43,921 nt of DNA from an uncultured Vampirovibrionales bacterium. GTDB taxonomy: Bacteria > Cyanobacteriota > Vampirovibrionia > Vampirovibrionales > JAJTHC01. Of this stretch, positions 35,625-43,921 are shown piece by piece. The DNA is taken from contig CAZDMD010000002.1 in the NCBI GenBank assembly GCA_964506805.1, forward strand, positions 1 through 43,921, in the 5' to 3' direction. The translations under genes and the position numbers were made by a program. Each line of letters starts with the position of its first letter. The first letter of the stretch is position 1. The notes under the pieces were generated by a model. It saw only the letters and a list, made by a program, of their open reading frames with translations, was not told the origin of the DNA and made no database searches.

Positions 35625-36345
35625 AAACGAACTGCAAGAGAAAGTCATTCTCATTACCGGTTCTAGTCGTGGGATTGGGAAAGCCGTTGCCCTTGCCTTG
35701 GATGCCTTTTCCCCTCGATTTGTCTTGGTGGCACGTCATGCCGAAGATTTAACGGCATTGTCTCACGCCCTTAAAAGTGAAAGTCATATCATTGTGGCGG
35801 ATTTGCTGAAAAGCGAAAGCACTGAAACACTGATACAGAAGGTGGTGGCACAATACGGTCGTTTGGATGTCCTCATCAACAACGCAGGGATTGGCGGTAA
35901 GGTAGGATTGCTCCCCGAACTGCCCGATGCTCAAATTCATCGCATGGTGGATTTAAATCTCAAAGTGCCGATTTTACTGTCTAAATACGCCGTGGCTCAA
36001 TTTACGGCACAAAATGCGGGTGGCACGATTTTAAATATCAATTCCATTGCAGGCAAGTGGGCATTTCCGTATTGGGCGGTGTATGATGCGACTAAGGCAG
36101 GCTTAAAAGCCTTTGCCGAAGCCCTGAGTGAAGAGCAACGCCACAATCAAACCCGCATTCTGAACATCTTTCCTGGAGCGTGTGCGACCGATATTTGGGA
36201 CAGCGTCGATTTAGCCCAAGCCCCCAACCCCGAAGGCATGTTGACCCCTGAACAAGTGGCGGAAGCGGTGCTTTTTGCCTTGCAACAACCGCCACATGTC
36301 TTGGTGTCTGATATTACGCTAATGCCGACTCAAGCCTTATTGTAG
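35614..36345 (+). CDS. Short-chain dehydrogenase/reductase (SDR)
   Basis: TGSSRGIGKAVA cofactor motif, NNAG, catalytic YDATK. Overlaps the ybeY end by 11 nt. Confidence 0.9.
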   Translation: MKTKNELQEKVILITGSSRGIGKAVALALDAFSPRFVLVARHAEDLTALSHALKSESHIIVADLLKSESTETLIQKVVAQYGRLDVLINNAGIGGKVGLLPELPDAQIHRMVDLNLKVPILLSKYAVAQFTAQNAGGTILNINSIAGKWAFPYWAVYDATKAGLKAFAEALSEEQRHNQTRILNIFPGACATDIWDSVDLAQAPNPEGMLTPEQVAEAVLFALQQPPHVLVSDITLMPTQALL

Positions 36346-36449
36346 TTTTGGATGAATGCATCGGCTTCAGGCAAAAGGCACGCTTGTTCTCCGAGCTTTA
36401 GCCACTGCGTATGATGTGCCGTTTCCGTCAAGAGATAATCCTGCCCATG

Positions 36450-36610
36450 TATAGTCGATTAAATATATTCCCGTACAGTGCCTATACTTTGTCGCTACAC
36501 TGATTTTATTCAGTCATGTAGGTCTATCTACACATTTTCTAAACTTTTTCATAAAATCATTTAAGCTCCTCGTCTAGCCTATTGTTCAGAAAACTCTTGA
36601 AAAGACTATA
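36450..36610 (+). mobile_element. Full-length MITE-like element (161 bp subfamily)
   Basis: TATAGTCGATTAAATATATTCCCGTACAG...AAAAGACTATA with TA flanks and 4 mismatches in the 54-nt core versus copy 6187. It ends 2 nt from the stop codon of the minus-strand ORF 36613-36966. Confidence 0.85.
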
Positions 36611-36612
36611 AT

Positions 36613-36966
36613 TTAGATTCCTTCGTAAAATTGGCGGCCTGTGTTTGGGTTGATCAAACCCTCAAAGATACTATTCGTTTGATTCGGGTTCGCATTGAAC
36701 ATACGTACTTCAGGAGCTAAATTTTCTATACCTCGTATTAGATCTTCTGGGTTTTTAGGACTGATTGAAGGTTCTCCCACTAAGTCTAAAGCAGTCGCCA
36801 ACATCCTTGCTCCTCTTTGTCCGTCGCTTAAATACCCAACTGTGCCTGTAAATACCCTCAGTGTAGCCGCTGTTAATGCTTTTTCAAACATGCTGACAGT
36901 TCCCCCAAAATTGCTTGTGTGATGATGTGATTGATTCGGATGATGCCCCATCAATATAAAAACCAT
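36613..36966 (-). CDS. Hypothetical protein (117 aa)
   Basis: ORF only. His-rich N-terminus and no recognised motif. Confidence 0.35.
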   Translation of the reverse strand: MVFILMGHHPNQSHHHTSNFGGTVSMFEKALTAATLRVFTGTVGYLSDGQRGARMLATALDLVGEPSISPKNPEDLIRGIENLAPEVRMFNANPNQTNSIFEGLINPNTGRQFYEGI

Positions 36967-37000
36967 TTTCGACTTATTTTGTGCTATTTCACCACACTTT

Positions 37001-37009
37001 TGATATACT
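37001..37009 (+). promoter_or_regulatory. Candidate extended -10 promoter (TGaTATACT) for the GHL10-like gene
   Basis: TGnTATACT lies 34 nt upstream of ATG 37043. Confidence 0.35.
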
Positions 37010-37042
37010 TAAAACGTATTAGATTAGAGATGTAGAGAATCT

Positions 37043-39559
37043 ATGACGCTACTTTCAAAACACTTTCATTTTTGGCTTTTTCTTGCTTTTTCTTGCTGGA
37101 TGCTTTGCTTGTCTCATACACCGACTTGGGCGTCTCCTGTGCATCGTTTTATTGTCTATGATTTAGCTAATACCAATACGGAAGACTTGAAGCTCGAAGT
37201 CGTCAAACCCCACCCGCAAAAGACGCTAGATTATGCCTTAACGCAAAGTGGCATAGGGCAAGGGACGTATGTGTATCCTAAAAGTAGTTCACAGCTGAAC
37301 TATATTTTAAATGATGTCGAAGCCTCTCGTCTTGCCAAATCCCCGATTCTCCTGCTCTACGGGCTAAACACCCCCAGCACGGATACCCTCAATTTTATTG
37401 ATACGCTTATTCAGCGTCAATGGAAAGTGGTGTTAGTGCCGCATCCGCTTATGTCTAGCTATACCAAGTCCGCATGGCAGGCGGATTTCCAAGTCCTCAC
37501 CAATCGCTATAAAAACGCCATGAACGAACAAGTCGGCTTTCAAGAATCCGATGTCATGGACACCGCCCTTTCTGGCTCACTGACGACTTTAAATCCCTTT
37601 CCGATTCGTCGTTTGGCAAAGGGGTGTGATTTGTATCTACTACCGAACACCTTTATGATTTGTGAATCAGCCGTTAAACCTTTGAATTTTGTCTTGCTCC
37701 CTCCTAAGCCTCCTGTCGTGAAAGCGCCTACCCCCGCCCCCGTCAAAGATAAGCGCACTCCCTCTACGAAGGCATCATCTAGCCCCTCCTCCAGTCCCTC
37801 AACATCTTCGTTTCCTGTTTCGCAATACAAGCCGAGTTATGATGTCTTAAAAGTCTTTTACGACTTGGCTCAACAATGGCAAAGTCCAACGATTCAAGGG
37901 TGGATTGAGAATCGATACACGCCCTTTGAGGAAGAAGCACAAAATATCGAACAGGAGTTTATTAGCTTACGCACCGATATTTGGCAACGGATGCAGGCTT
38001 TTGAATTACTTGGTAAATCCATTGACAAAGCCAAGTTTTCGAGTCAAATGCAGGACGTTCAAACCCGAATGGATGCTTTAAGTCCCCTTCGGCAAAGCTA
38101 TGAATTTCGCCAGTATCGGGAAAAAAGCAAAGTGTTAATAGAAAATGCCATGGCGTTGAAGCAAAATCTGCTTTTTCCCAATTTGCCGAATCAGATTCAT
38201 GGCGTGTGGTTCGATCGAGGGAGCATCGTGAGGCTTGGTTCTGCGGAACGATTGAAGGAACGCTTGGTGGCACTCAAGCAATCGGGTATGACGGATATTT
38301 TCCTTGAAACGATTAACGCAGGGTATCCGATTTATCCCAATAGTGCCGTGCAAGCGACGCAAAATCCTTTGATTCGTGGGTGGGATCCCCTTGAAGTAGC
38401 AGTCAAGGAGGGGCATCGACTAGGTTTACGCATCCATGCGTGGGTGTGGTGTTTTGCCGTAGGAAATAAGCGTCATAACACCTTACTTGGTGTTTCAGAA
38501 GAGACGGTCGGTCCTGTCTTGAGTCTGCCCTTTCTTCAGCAAAGCACGCTGTTGATGAACGACGGCAGTCTCGTTCCCAATGGGCAACATGAATTTTGGC
38601 TTTCTCCTGCCAGTGATGAGGCACAGGACTTTTTGATTCAGTGGTACACGGAAATCGTCAACCGCTATCAGGTGGACGGCTTGCAACTGGACTACATTCG
38701 CTACCCCTTTCAATCCAAAACACAACGAGCCGGCTATGATTCAGCAAGTCTTTACAATTTCAATCAAGCCACAGGTTTGAATGTGAATCAAGTCAGTGCG
38801 ACTCGCTACGATCAGTGGAAGACGGATAACATTAGTCGATTCGTCTTAAAGGTCAATAAAGCCTTAAAAACACAAAATCCGAAGCTGGTGATTTCCGCCG
38901 CCGTCTTCTCGCTTCCAAGACCAGATCGTCTTGCGGCAATTCAACAAGACTGGGAAACATGGGCGGAACGTGGCTGGATTGATTGGCTCATTCCTATGGC
39001 GTATACGGAAAACACCACCGCTTTTAATCAGCAGATTGATCGCATGAAGGCGAGTCTAAATCACACGAAAGTAGTGTTAATCAGTGGTATCGGGCTACAT
39101 AAGCTCGATGGCGTGGAGCGGATTGAACGCAGTGAACAGCTCCATAAAAATGGGGTGCTTGGGTGGACGTGGTTTGCCAACGCTCATTTGGATGCGTCCA
39201 CGCTCAACCAGCTCAAGCTCACGACGCAAAAAGATCCGATTGGCGGATTGTATCAGGTGAGTTTAGGGCAGGCAATGACGCTTTATTCGGGATTACTCAA
39301 GCAGATTTTGAGTCCTCCCTTAACGCAAGAAGCCGACTTGTTGAGTCGTTGGAATGAATTGGCGACTTATATCGAAGCACGTAACGGGAAAGGATACTCT
39401 CGGACGTTTATGCAGGAAAATTGGCGACCGCTCATGGCAGAAACGCAACAGGTGCTACAACAACGATTCACCCATGTACCCGCCTTGAAGCTCTGGCTCA
39501 ATGGGGAGCTAGAGCGTCTCGATACACAATGGCGTTCTCAAATGTGGCTCAACAGCTAG
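37043..39559 (+). CDS. Secreted glycoside-hydrolase-like family 10 (GHL10/YngK-like) protein with a long N-terminal extension
   Basis: A signal peptide (FWLFLAFSCWMLCLSHTPTWA) is followed by a Pro/Ser linker. GVWFDRGS, IFLETINAGYPIYPNS, LGLRIHAWVWCFAVGN and GLQLDYIRYPF resemble the TIM-barrel GHL10 signature. Confidence 0.7.
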   Translation: MTLLSKHFHFWLFLAFSCWMLCLSHTPTWASPVHRFIVYDLANTNTEDLKLEVVKPHPQKTLDYALTQSGIGQGTYVYPKSSSQLNYILNDVEASRLAKSPILLLYGLNTPSTDTLNFIDTLIQRQWKVVLVPHPLMSSYTKSAWQADFQVLTNRYKNAMNEQVGFQESDVMDTALSGSLTTLNPFPIRRLAKGCDLYLLPNTFMICESAVKPLNFVLLPPKPPVVKAPTPAPVKDKRTPSTKASSSPSSSPSTSSFPVSQYKPSYDVLKVFYDLAQQWQSPTIQGWIENRYTPFEEEAQNIEQEFISLRTDIWQRMQAFELLGKSIDKAKFSSQMQDVQTRMDALSPLRQSYEFRQYREKSKVLIENAMALKQNLLFPNLPNQIHGVWFDRGSIVRLGSAERLKERLVALKQSGMTDIFLETINAGYPIYPNSAVQATQNPLIRGWDPLEVAVKEGHRLGLRIHAWVWCFAVGNKRHNTLLGVSEETVGPVLSLPFLQQSTLLMNDGSLVPNGQHEFWLSPASDEAQDFLIQWYTEIVNRYQVDGLQLDYIRYPFQSKTQRAGYDSASLYNFNQATGLNVNQVSATRYDQWKTDNISRFVLKVNKALKTQNPKLVISAAVFSLPRPDRLAAIQQDWETWAERGWIDWLIPMAYTENTTAFNQQIDRMKASLNHTKVVLISGIGLHKLDGVERIERSEQLHKNGVLGWTWFANAHLDASTLNQLKLTTQKDPIGGLYQVSLGQAMTLYSGLLKQILSPPLTQEADLLSRWNELATYIEARNGKGYSRTFMQENWRPLMAETQQVLQQRFTHVPALKLWLNGELERLDTQWRSQMWLNS

Positions 39560-39607
39560 CAGGAGGAGGGTAAAGCTCATCCCCTTTTAGTCGATACCCC
39601 TCCTATT

Positions 39608-40942
39608 ATGATGAGTCTTTTCACCATTCCCACCCCACCTCTTAGCTATTACGACTGGCGATTACGTCGAGTCGTTACCATTGGCACGACGAATGCCCCA
39701 CAGTCTCAAATCACCGCCGATACCACCTACACGATTCAACGCCCCAACATCAACCCAAGCGACGTGGTGAACTACGACCTTTGGCCGATTACCGTCAATG
39801 CCCCCACCGATGCCGATGATGTCGATGACGTGGGCTTTTTGTGGTGGAATCCTAAAACGCAAAAGTTTAGCCGAACCGACAATGTGGCGGATTATGAATC
39901 CACCTTTAGCCCGACTGCCCTTCAGCAAACCTATCGATTGAATACGGCAGGCTTTACCGCTTATGGTGATCCCTTTTCGCAACGGCTTGTCGCTTATACG
40001 CCTCCCACAGGGGATTTCATCCCCTACTACACGCAAGGACGCTATGCTCAAGCGGTTTCAAGCCTTGTGATGAGTCGGGAGGAGTGGCAGGCCCTGTTTG
40101 ATTCGGGCAGTGAGGTGATTATTCCAAATCTCAATATGAAGGTATTTCAGTATGGCGACGGCGTGAAAGTGATTGAAAATCCCGACGGCACGCTTGGTAT
40201 CGTCTCTGATGCTGCGGGGGGGCTGACGGCGATCCGTATGCACATTGGGCAGAATCAGTGGTTTTGGTTGACGAGTTTTCCACAGCTCGATGATGTGGCG
40301 ATTTTTGAAGCCAGTCAACGCCTTCCGACGATTATTTCCTTGATAGGCGACACCAACGACGAGAACACCACAAACACGCCCAAGTCGCTCCCGATTGCCC
40401 CGCCTTTAGCGGAACAGGTGCAAGCCCCGAATGAAGAGAATACTGCGGAAGCGAATCCGCTTTTGGGCTTGGGTGATAACACGGGCAATTTGAACCCGAT
40501 TCTCTTCGCTACGCTTGGCAATACAGGAGAGGATTCAGCGTCTTCGGTGAGTGGCACGCCTCAAAACCCGACGAAAAACATCGGTTTGGAGACTGGCGTA
40601 AGCAGTGGCATCAACTCGACGCAAGGACTTACGCTAGATGAGGAGACGCTTTCGCTCGTGCAGGATTTAGAACGCCTCGTGCGGGAGGCGGTTCGCTTGG
40701 CGAATGAACGGATTGATGCCCGATTTGTGCCTGCTCCGCTACAACGAGAGGTGCTTTCCATTACCGATGACCCCACGTCCATGAGTGAAGACCGCCAACG
40801 AGAGATTAAGCAAGGGGGCAAACGCAAGCAGGGCGATGAAGACAAGCCTGAAAACGATATGATGCGAGAAAACGCCGAACGCAACACGCCCGAAACCCGC
40901 CGTGCCAGAGCCATGCAGCTCCGCTACTACTTGGGAGTTTAG
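39608..40942 (+). CDS. Hypothetical protein (444 aa)
   Basis: Long ORF with a tandem ATG start. The C-terminal third is acidic, disordered and charged. No motif recognised. Confidence 0.5.
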   Translation: MMSLFTIPTPPLSYYDWRLRRVVTIGTTNAPQSQITADTTYTIQRPNINPSDVVNYDLWPITVNAPTDADDVDDVGFLWWNPKTQKFSRTDNVADYESTFSPTALQQTYRLNTAGFTAYGDPFSQRLVAYTPPTGDFIPYYTQGRYAQAVSSLVMSREEWQALFDSGSEVIIPNLNMKVFQYGDGVKVIENPDGTLGIVSDAAGGLTAIRMHIGQNQWFWLTSFPQLDDVAIFEASQRLPTIISLIGDTNDENTTNTPKSLPIAPPLAEQVQAPNEENTAEANPLLGLGDNTGNLNPILFATLGNTGEDSASSVSGTPQNPTKNIGLETGVSSGINSTQGLTLDEETLSLVQDLERLVREAVRLANERIDARFVPAPLQREVLSITDDPTSMSEDRQREIKQGGKRKQGDEDKPENDMMRENAERNTPETRRARAMQLRYYLGV

Positions 40943-41838
40943 GGAGTTCCTACTGTAAAATTAGGCACTAAGAAGCCAGGCAATTTTTTCCAGTTTCCAT
41001 TATACTGAAATTGCTTGGGAATACCGCCCACAGGGATTCTAAAATCAGCAACACCGTCAAGATCCTCTAGCTTCATACCTCTAGGCAACTGAAAGGCACC
41101 TGATTTAATCCATTCTAATGCTAAGCTACGTGGAATTTTATCATGATTTTGATGAGGGATTAAATACTGAACGCCACTGGTTACATCAGAAACCACATGC
41201 ACTTTTTCACGCCCAAGTCCCATTACACGAGTTGAAAAGTGTAGGTTTGAATACTCTGTAGCGTCTGAAAAAAGTTTCGGGTCAAAGGCTTTTCTATTGA
41301 CAAAAGATGCATTGACCTCCGCTAAAACATCGCGAACTTTTTCGTTCAATGCTTCGCCTAAATAGGTGTAAACGTCTTTCTTTTCATTGTATTCAAAAAT
41401 GCTATCATCAATCCCTCTTAAGTGAAAAGCTGGGTCTAGTCCTACTTTTGGAGGAGCGGCTTTCCAATCTTTCTTCCATTTACGAACATTCTTCATCATC
41501 TCTTCAGGAATATCGTCAATGCCTTCGCCTCTTACAGGCTTGGGCTTGGTGGACGACTTAAACTCATCTACCACAGGTGAAGAAGCGGATGCCAATTCTT
41601 GTTTAAGTTTATTATTTTCTTCTAACAAATGTAAAAAAGTTTTACCGCCCCACGCCAACCCGACGATGCCTCCTAAAGCGACGATGCCCCCGAGTAAGAT
41701 TTTCCCCCAGTTGTTACTATTACTGGCTTTAGCTTGCGTGGTGTTTTGAGCAGGGCTTGCCTTGACGGAAGACGAATTAGACGAATTAGGCGTGTAAGGC
41801 ACTGCTCCTGTCGGTGTTGAAGAAGAAATAGAGACCAT
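40939..41838 (-). CDS. Hypothetical single-pass membrane protein (299 aa)
   Basis: A Ser/Asn/Thr-rich N-terminus is followed by the TM helix ILLGGIVALGGIVGLAWGG and a roughly 230-aa C-terminal domain. Its stop overlaps the stop of the convergent gene. Confidence 0.5.
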   Translation of the reverse strand: MVSISSSTPTGAVPYTPNSSNSSSVKASPAQNTTQAKASNSNNWGKILLGGIVALGGIVGLAWGGKTFLHLLEENNKLKQELASASSPVVDEFKSSTKPKPVRGEGIDDIPEEMMKNVRKWKKDWKAAPPKVGLDPAFHLRGIDDSIFEYNEKKDVYTYLGEALNEKVRDVLAEVNASFVNRKAFDPKLFSDATEYSNLHFSTRVMGLGREKVHVVSDVTSGVQYLIPHQNHDKIPRSLALEWIKSGAFQLPRGMKLEDLDGVADFRIPVGGIPKQFQYNGNWKKLPGFLVPNFTVGTP

Positions 41839-41922
41839 GACATCCTTACTTTCTGATTGATAAAGTCTTTACTTATAAGCATAAAAACCATTTTGCATTT
41901 TATTGTGCTATTGACTTTGCAT

Positions 41923-41958
41923 GATAAAAGCCCCTTTACCTTTCAGTAAAGGGGCTTT
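41923..41958 (-). terminator. Intrinsic terminator after the 448-aa gene
   Basis: A 10-13-bp stem (AAA)GCCCCTTTAC/GTAAAGGGGC(TTT) with a 6-nt loop. On the minus strand it is followed by TTTTATCAT. Confidence 0.7.
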
Positions 41959-41970
41959 CTCATCAACCGA

Positions 41971-43317
41971 CTAGATTAAACCCACCGAAACGATAGGACC
42001 TTCAACATTCGTGTTGACACGAATTTTGGGCAAGGTTGTGGTAGGTGTTCCACCTGGAGTAGTAGAAGGAGTCGTTTTTCCATTTGATATAACCGTAAAC
42101 TGCGGTTTCTCTCCACCAGGTCTCTTACTTTTTCGAATAAGATCTTTAACCTCTGTTTCGCTCAGCGTATTTCCAGAGATACTTTCAAATTGATATTTGC
42201 TCAATAGAGAAGTATCATCTGGATGGAAATTAGGGATATTGATAGTCTCTATCAGAGTCCCATCAGGTTTTTTCACCTGGAGAGCGTGAAGACCTTGCTT
42301 CGCTGTCCCAGTACCATCAAGGATCAAAGTATGACCCATTTGAGCGGCTACATCCGTAGCTAATTTTCTATCAAAGGCAGCTTTTTTAGGGTCTGATTGC
42401 GTAAGCAGGTGTGTAAACGCATGTTCTAGATCTGAAACTTTTGGATTTTCTACGATATGATGAATGGGGAAACCTTCTCCATCAAATTCTTTGACTAAAA
42501 CACGACCATTTTTGTAGAGACGTTCAGACGCTTCATCAGAATAAGCCTTAGATTTTAAGGCTTGTATCTCTTGTGCGACATCAAAATCTAGTTCATGTTC
42601 TTTTCCTGGAGCAACCTCAACAAAGGCTCTATAGTATTTACTTCTATCTTTAGGGTCAACAACAGGTGTGAGTTTGATTTTATCCAAAGTAGTTGTCTCT
42701 AAGGCTGTAGCAAGTTGCTCACCAGTATAGCCTTTACCATTGGCATGAGCATGCAGGGCACGCTTTATACTGTCAGTATGTGGTTCAAGGCTTCTAAACT
42801 TTTGAGCTAACTGTACCGCAGCAACTTTAGGGTCTGTTCGATCGATACCGTCAAGAATACTTGAACCAGTAACAGTCTTCGCCGTAGACTCAACAACATT
42901 TTCAACCGCTTCAGGGGTTTGTTTTACTGCATTTTTGACGGCATCAGCGGTATTGTCAAGCACTTCAGGGGTTTTTGCTAAGGTTTCTTCCGCTGCCTTC
43001 TTAGCACCGCCTAAGTTACCAGTCGCTGCCAAAGTCAGCAAAGTTAAACCAACTCCCCCAATTACTGCTAACGTCGGAGCTAACCAACCGTTTTTCTTTT
43101 CTTCGGGGGCTAGGGCTTCAGCAGGAGCTGGGGCTTGCGTCGAAAAGCTGGCGGTATCTTGTGAAGGTGCTAGCGATACAGAAGCAGGAGCAACAGAAGG
43201 ATCTAGGACTTCTTGACCGTTAGGATCCACATAGCGTGGGCTACTGTAATTGCTGTATCCAGCATAGTAATTGGGAACGGAACTCATCATATCATTATCT
43301 TCCTTATCATTGTGCAT
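41971..43317 (-). CDS. Hypothetical single-pass membrane protein (448 aa)
   Basis: Same architecture as the neighbouring 299-aa protein: a disordered Pro/Ser/Ala N-terminus, the TM helix WLAPTLAVIGGVGLTLLTLAATG, and a large C-terminal domain. No motif recognised. Confidence 0.5.
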   Translation of the reverse strand: MHNDKEDNDMMSSVPNYYAGYSNYSSPRYVDPNGQEVLDPSVAPASVSLAPSQDTASFSTQAPAPAEALAPEEKKNGWLAPTLAVIGGVGLTLLTLAATGNLGGAKKAAEETLAKTPEVLDNTADAVKNAVKQTPEAVENVVESTAKTVTGSSILDGIDRTDPKVAAVQLAQKFRSLEPHTDSIKRALHAHANGKGYTGEQLATALETTTLDKIKLTPVVDPKDRSKYYRAFVEVAPGKEHELDFDVAQEIQALKSKAYSDEASERLYKNGRVLVKEFDGEGFPIHHIVENPKVSDLEHAFTHLLTQSDPKKAAFDRKLATDVAAQMGHTLILDGTGTAKQGLHALQVKKPDGTLIETINIPNFHPDDTSLLSKYQFESISGNTLSETEVKDLIRKSKRPGGEKPQFTVISNGKTTPSTTPGGTPTTTLPKIRVNTNVEGPIVSVGLI

Positions 43318-43644
43318 AAATGCGATGTAAAACTAAAAACCAAGTCTATTGAGATTAAACCGAGAAATAAAATTATTGTGCTAGTTCTTTTGATTTAGAG
43401 TGTGCCAAAGTTTAAAAACCAGTATCTCCTTATAAAAGAGTCAGCCTTTTTCCCTTTTCAGGGCTTACATTTTTAACCGATAGTCATCTCCTTATCCTAA
43501 TTATGATGAACGATATTACATCAAACAAAACATTATGTCAGCATAAAACCCTGCGAAAGATTCTTTTATGCTAGTTTCTGTTACATTTAAACAAAAATAA
43601 AGCCCTGTTGCAAGTTAAAAATCAATGGTTTACTTCTGTGTTTT

Positions 43645-43653
43645 TGCTACAAT
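43645..43653 (+). promoter_or_regulatory. Candidate extended -10 promoter (TGcTACAAT)
   Basis: TGnTACAAT lies 90 nt upstream of the nucleotidyltransferase ATG. Confidence 0.3.
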
Positions 43654-43742
43654 GGCTTCGTTCAATTATTTAGCGTGAAGGGCGTTTATGCCAAATCCCG
43701 AATCTTTGCTTAAACTCAACAAATTCAGACAAGGAAAACACG

Positions 43743-43921
43743 ATGTCTACGCCTAAAGTGCCAAACTTGAGTCAAATTACCCAAGAATTAAGAGAAATCA
43801 AGCCTCAACTTTACCAACAGTGGGGCGTAACAGAACTTGCGGTTTTTGGTTCAGTTTCCCGAGGGGAGGCGACGGCTGAAAGTGATGTGGATATTATGTT
43901 TAATTACGACAAACCGCTCGG
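43743..43921 (+). CDS. Nucleotidyltransferase-domain protein (MNT/MntA-like), 5' partial at the window edge
   Basis: MSTPKVPNLSQITQELREIKPQLYQQWGVTELAVFGSVSRGEATAESDVDIMFNYDKPL contains the GS.SRGEA....SDVD minimal nucleotidyltransferase motif. The ORF runs off the window. Confidence 0.8.
   Translation, partial: MSTPKVPNLSQITQELREIKPQLYQQWGVTELAVFGSVSRGEATAESDVDIMFNYDKPL

Noticed and set aside
36328-36449. A minus-strand open frame (HGQDYLLTETAHHTQWLKLGEQACLLPEADAFIQNYNKA*) abutting the left end of the MITE at 36450, considered as a third truncated gene.
   Set aside because: It is only about 40 codons, has no recognisable motif and overlaps the SDR gene end. An open frame of this length is expected by chance.

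Overview
This is a chromosomal segment from a flagellated bacterium. Its housekeeping proteins look cyanobacteria-like: an RpaB/Ycf27-type response regulator, a DUF2203-like protein, and scattered rather than operonic biosynthetic genes. That points to a non-photosynthetic cyanobacterial sister lineage (Melainabacteria/Vampirovibrionia), which is an inference only. All product calls come from motif recognition by eye, and no searches were run.

Recognisable genes:
- flgN-like and flgK.
- A GtrA / GT-C (ArnT/PMT-like) / GT2 polyprenyl-phosphate glycosylation trio.
- An A+T-rich C5-cytosine methyltransferase plus a putative restriction endonuclease, wedged directly downstream of ileS.
- An rpaB-like regulator, a SWIM+SNF2 helicase, a DAACS-family symporter, folD, trpC, gap, a thermonuclease, mnmA, carB, surE, gatC, ybeY, an SDR, a GHL10-like glycosidase, and a partial MNT-type nucleotidyltransferase at the right edge.

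The most striking feature is not a protein. It is a dense family of about 150-160 bp TA-flanked inverted-repeat (MITE-like) elements with TATAGTC...GACTATA termini.
- There are 4 full copies and 4 partial or miniature copies in 44 kb.
- A 54-nt core is highly conserved while the arms are variable.
- No transposase lies in the window.
- Two copies sit exactly at the breakpoints of truncated genes (a pirin and an HNH nuclease).
- Three copies fill the gaps between convergent genes, within 2-4 nt of stop codons.

Other accessory content:
- An 853-aa protein with a prepilin-like N-terminus.
- A Q/Y/G/P-rich tandem-repeat protein.
- Two other small palindromic repeat families.
- Tandem direct repeats upstream of the nuclease gene.
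- A cluster of A+T-rich orphan genes encoding membrane-anchored proteins (39.6-43.3 kb).

No CRISPR array, tRNA, rRNA or transposase gene was recognised.
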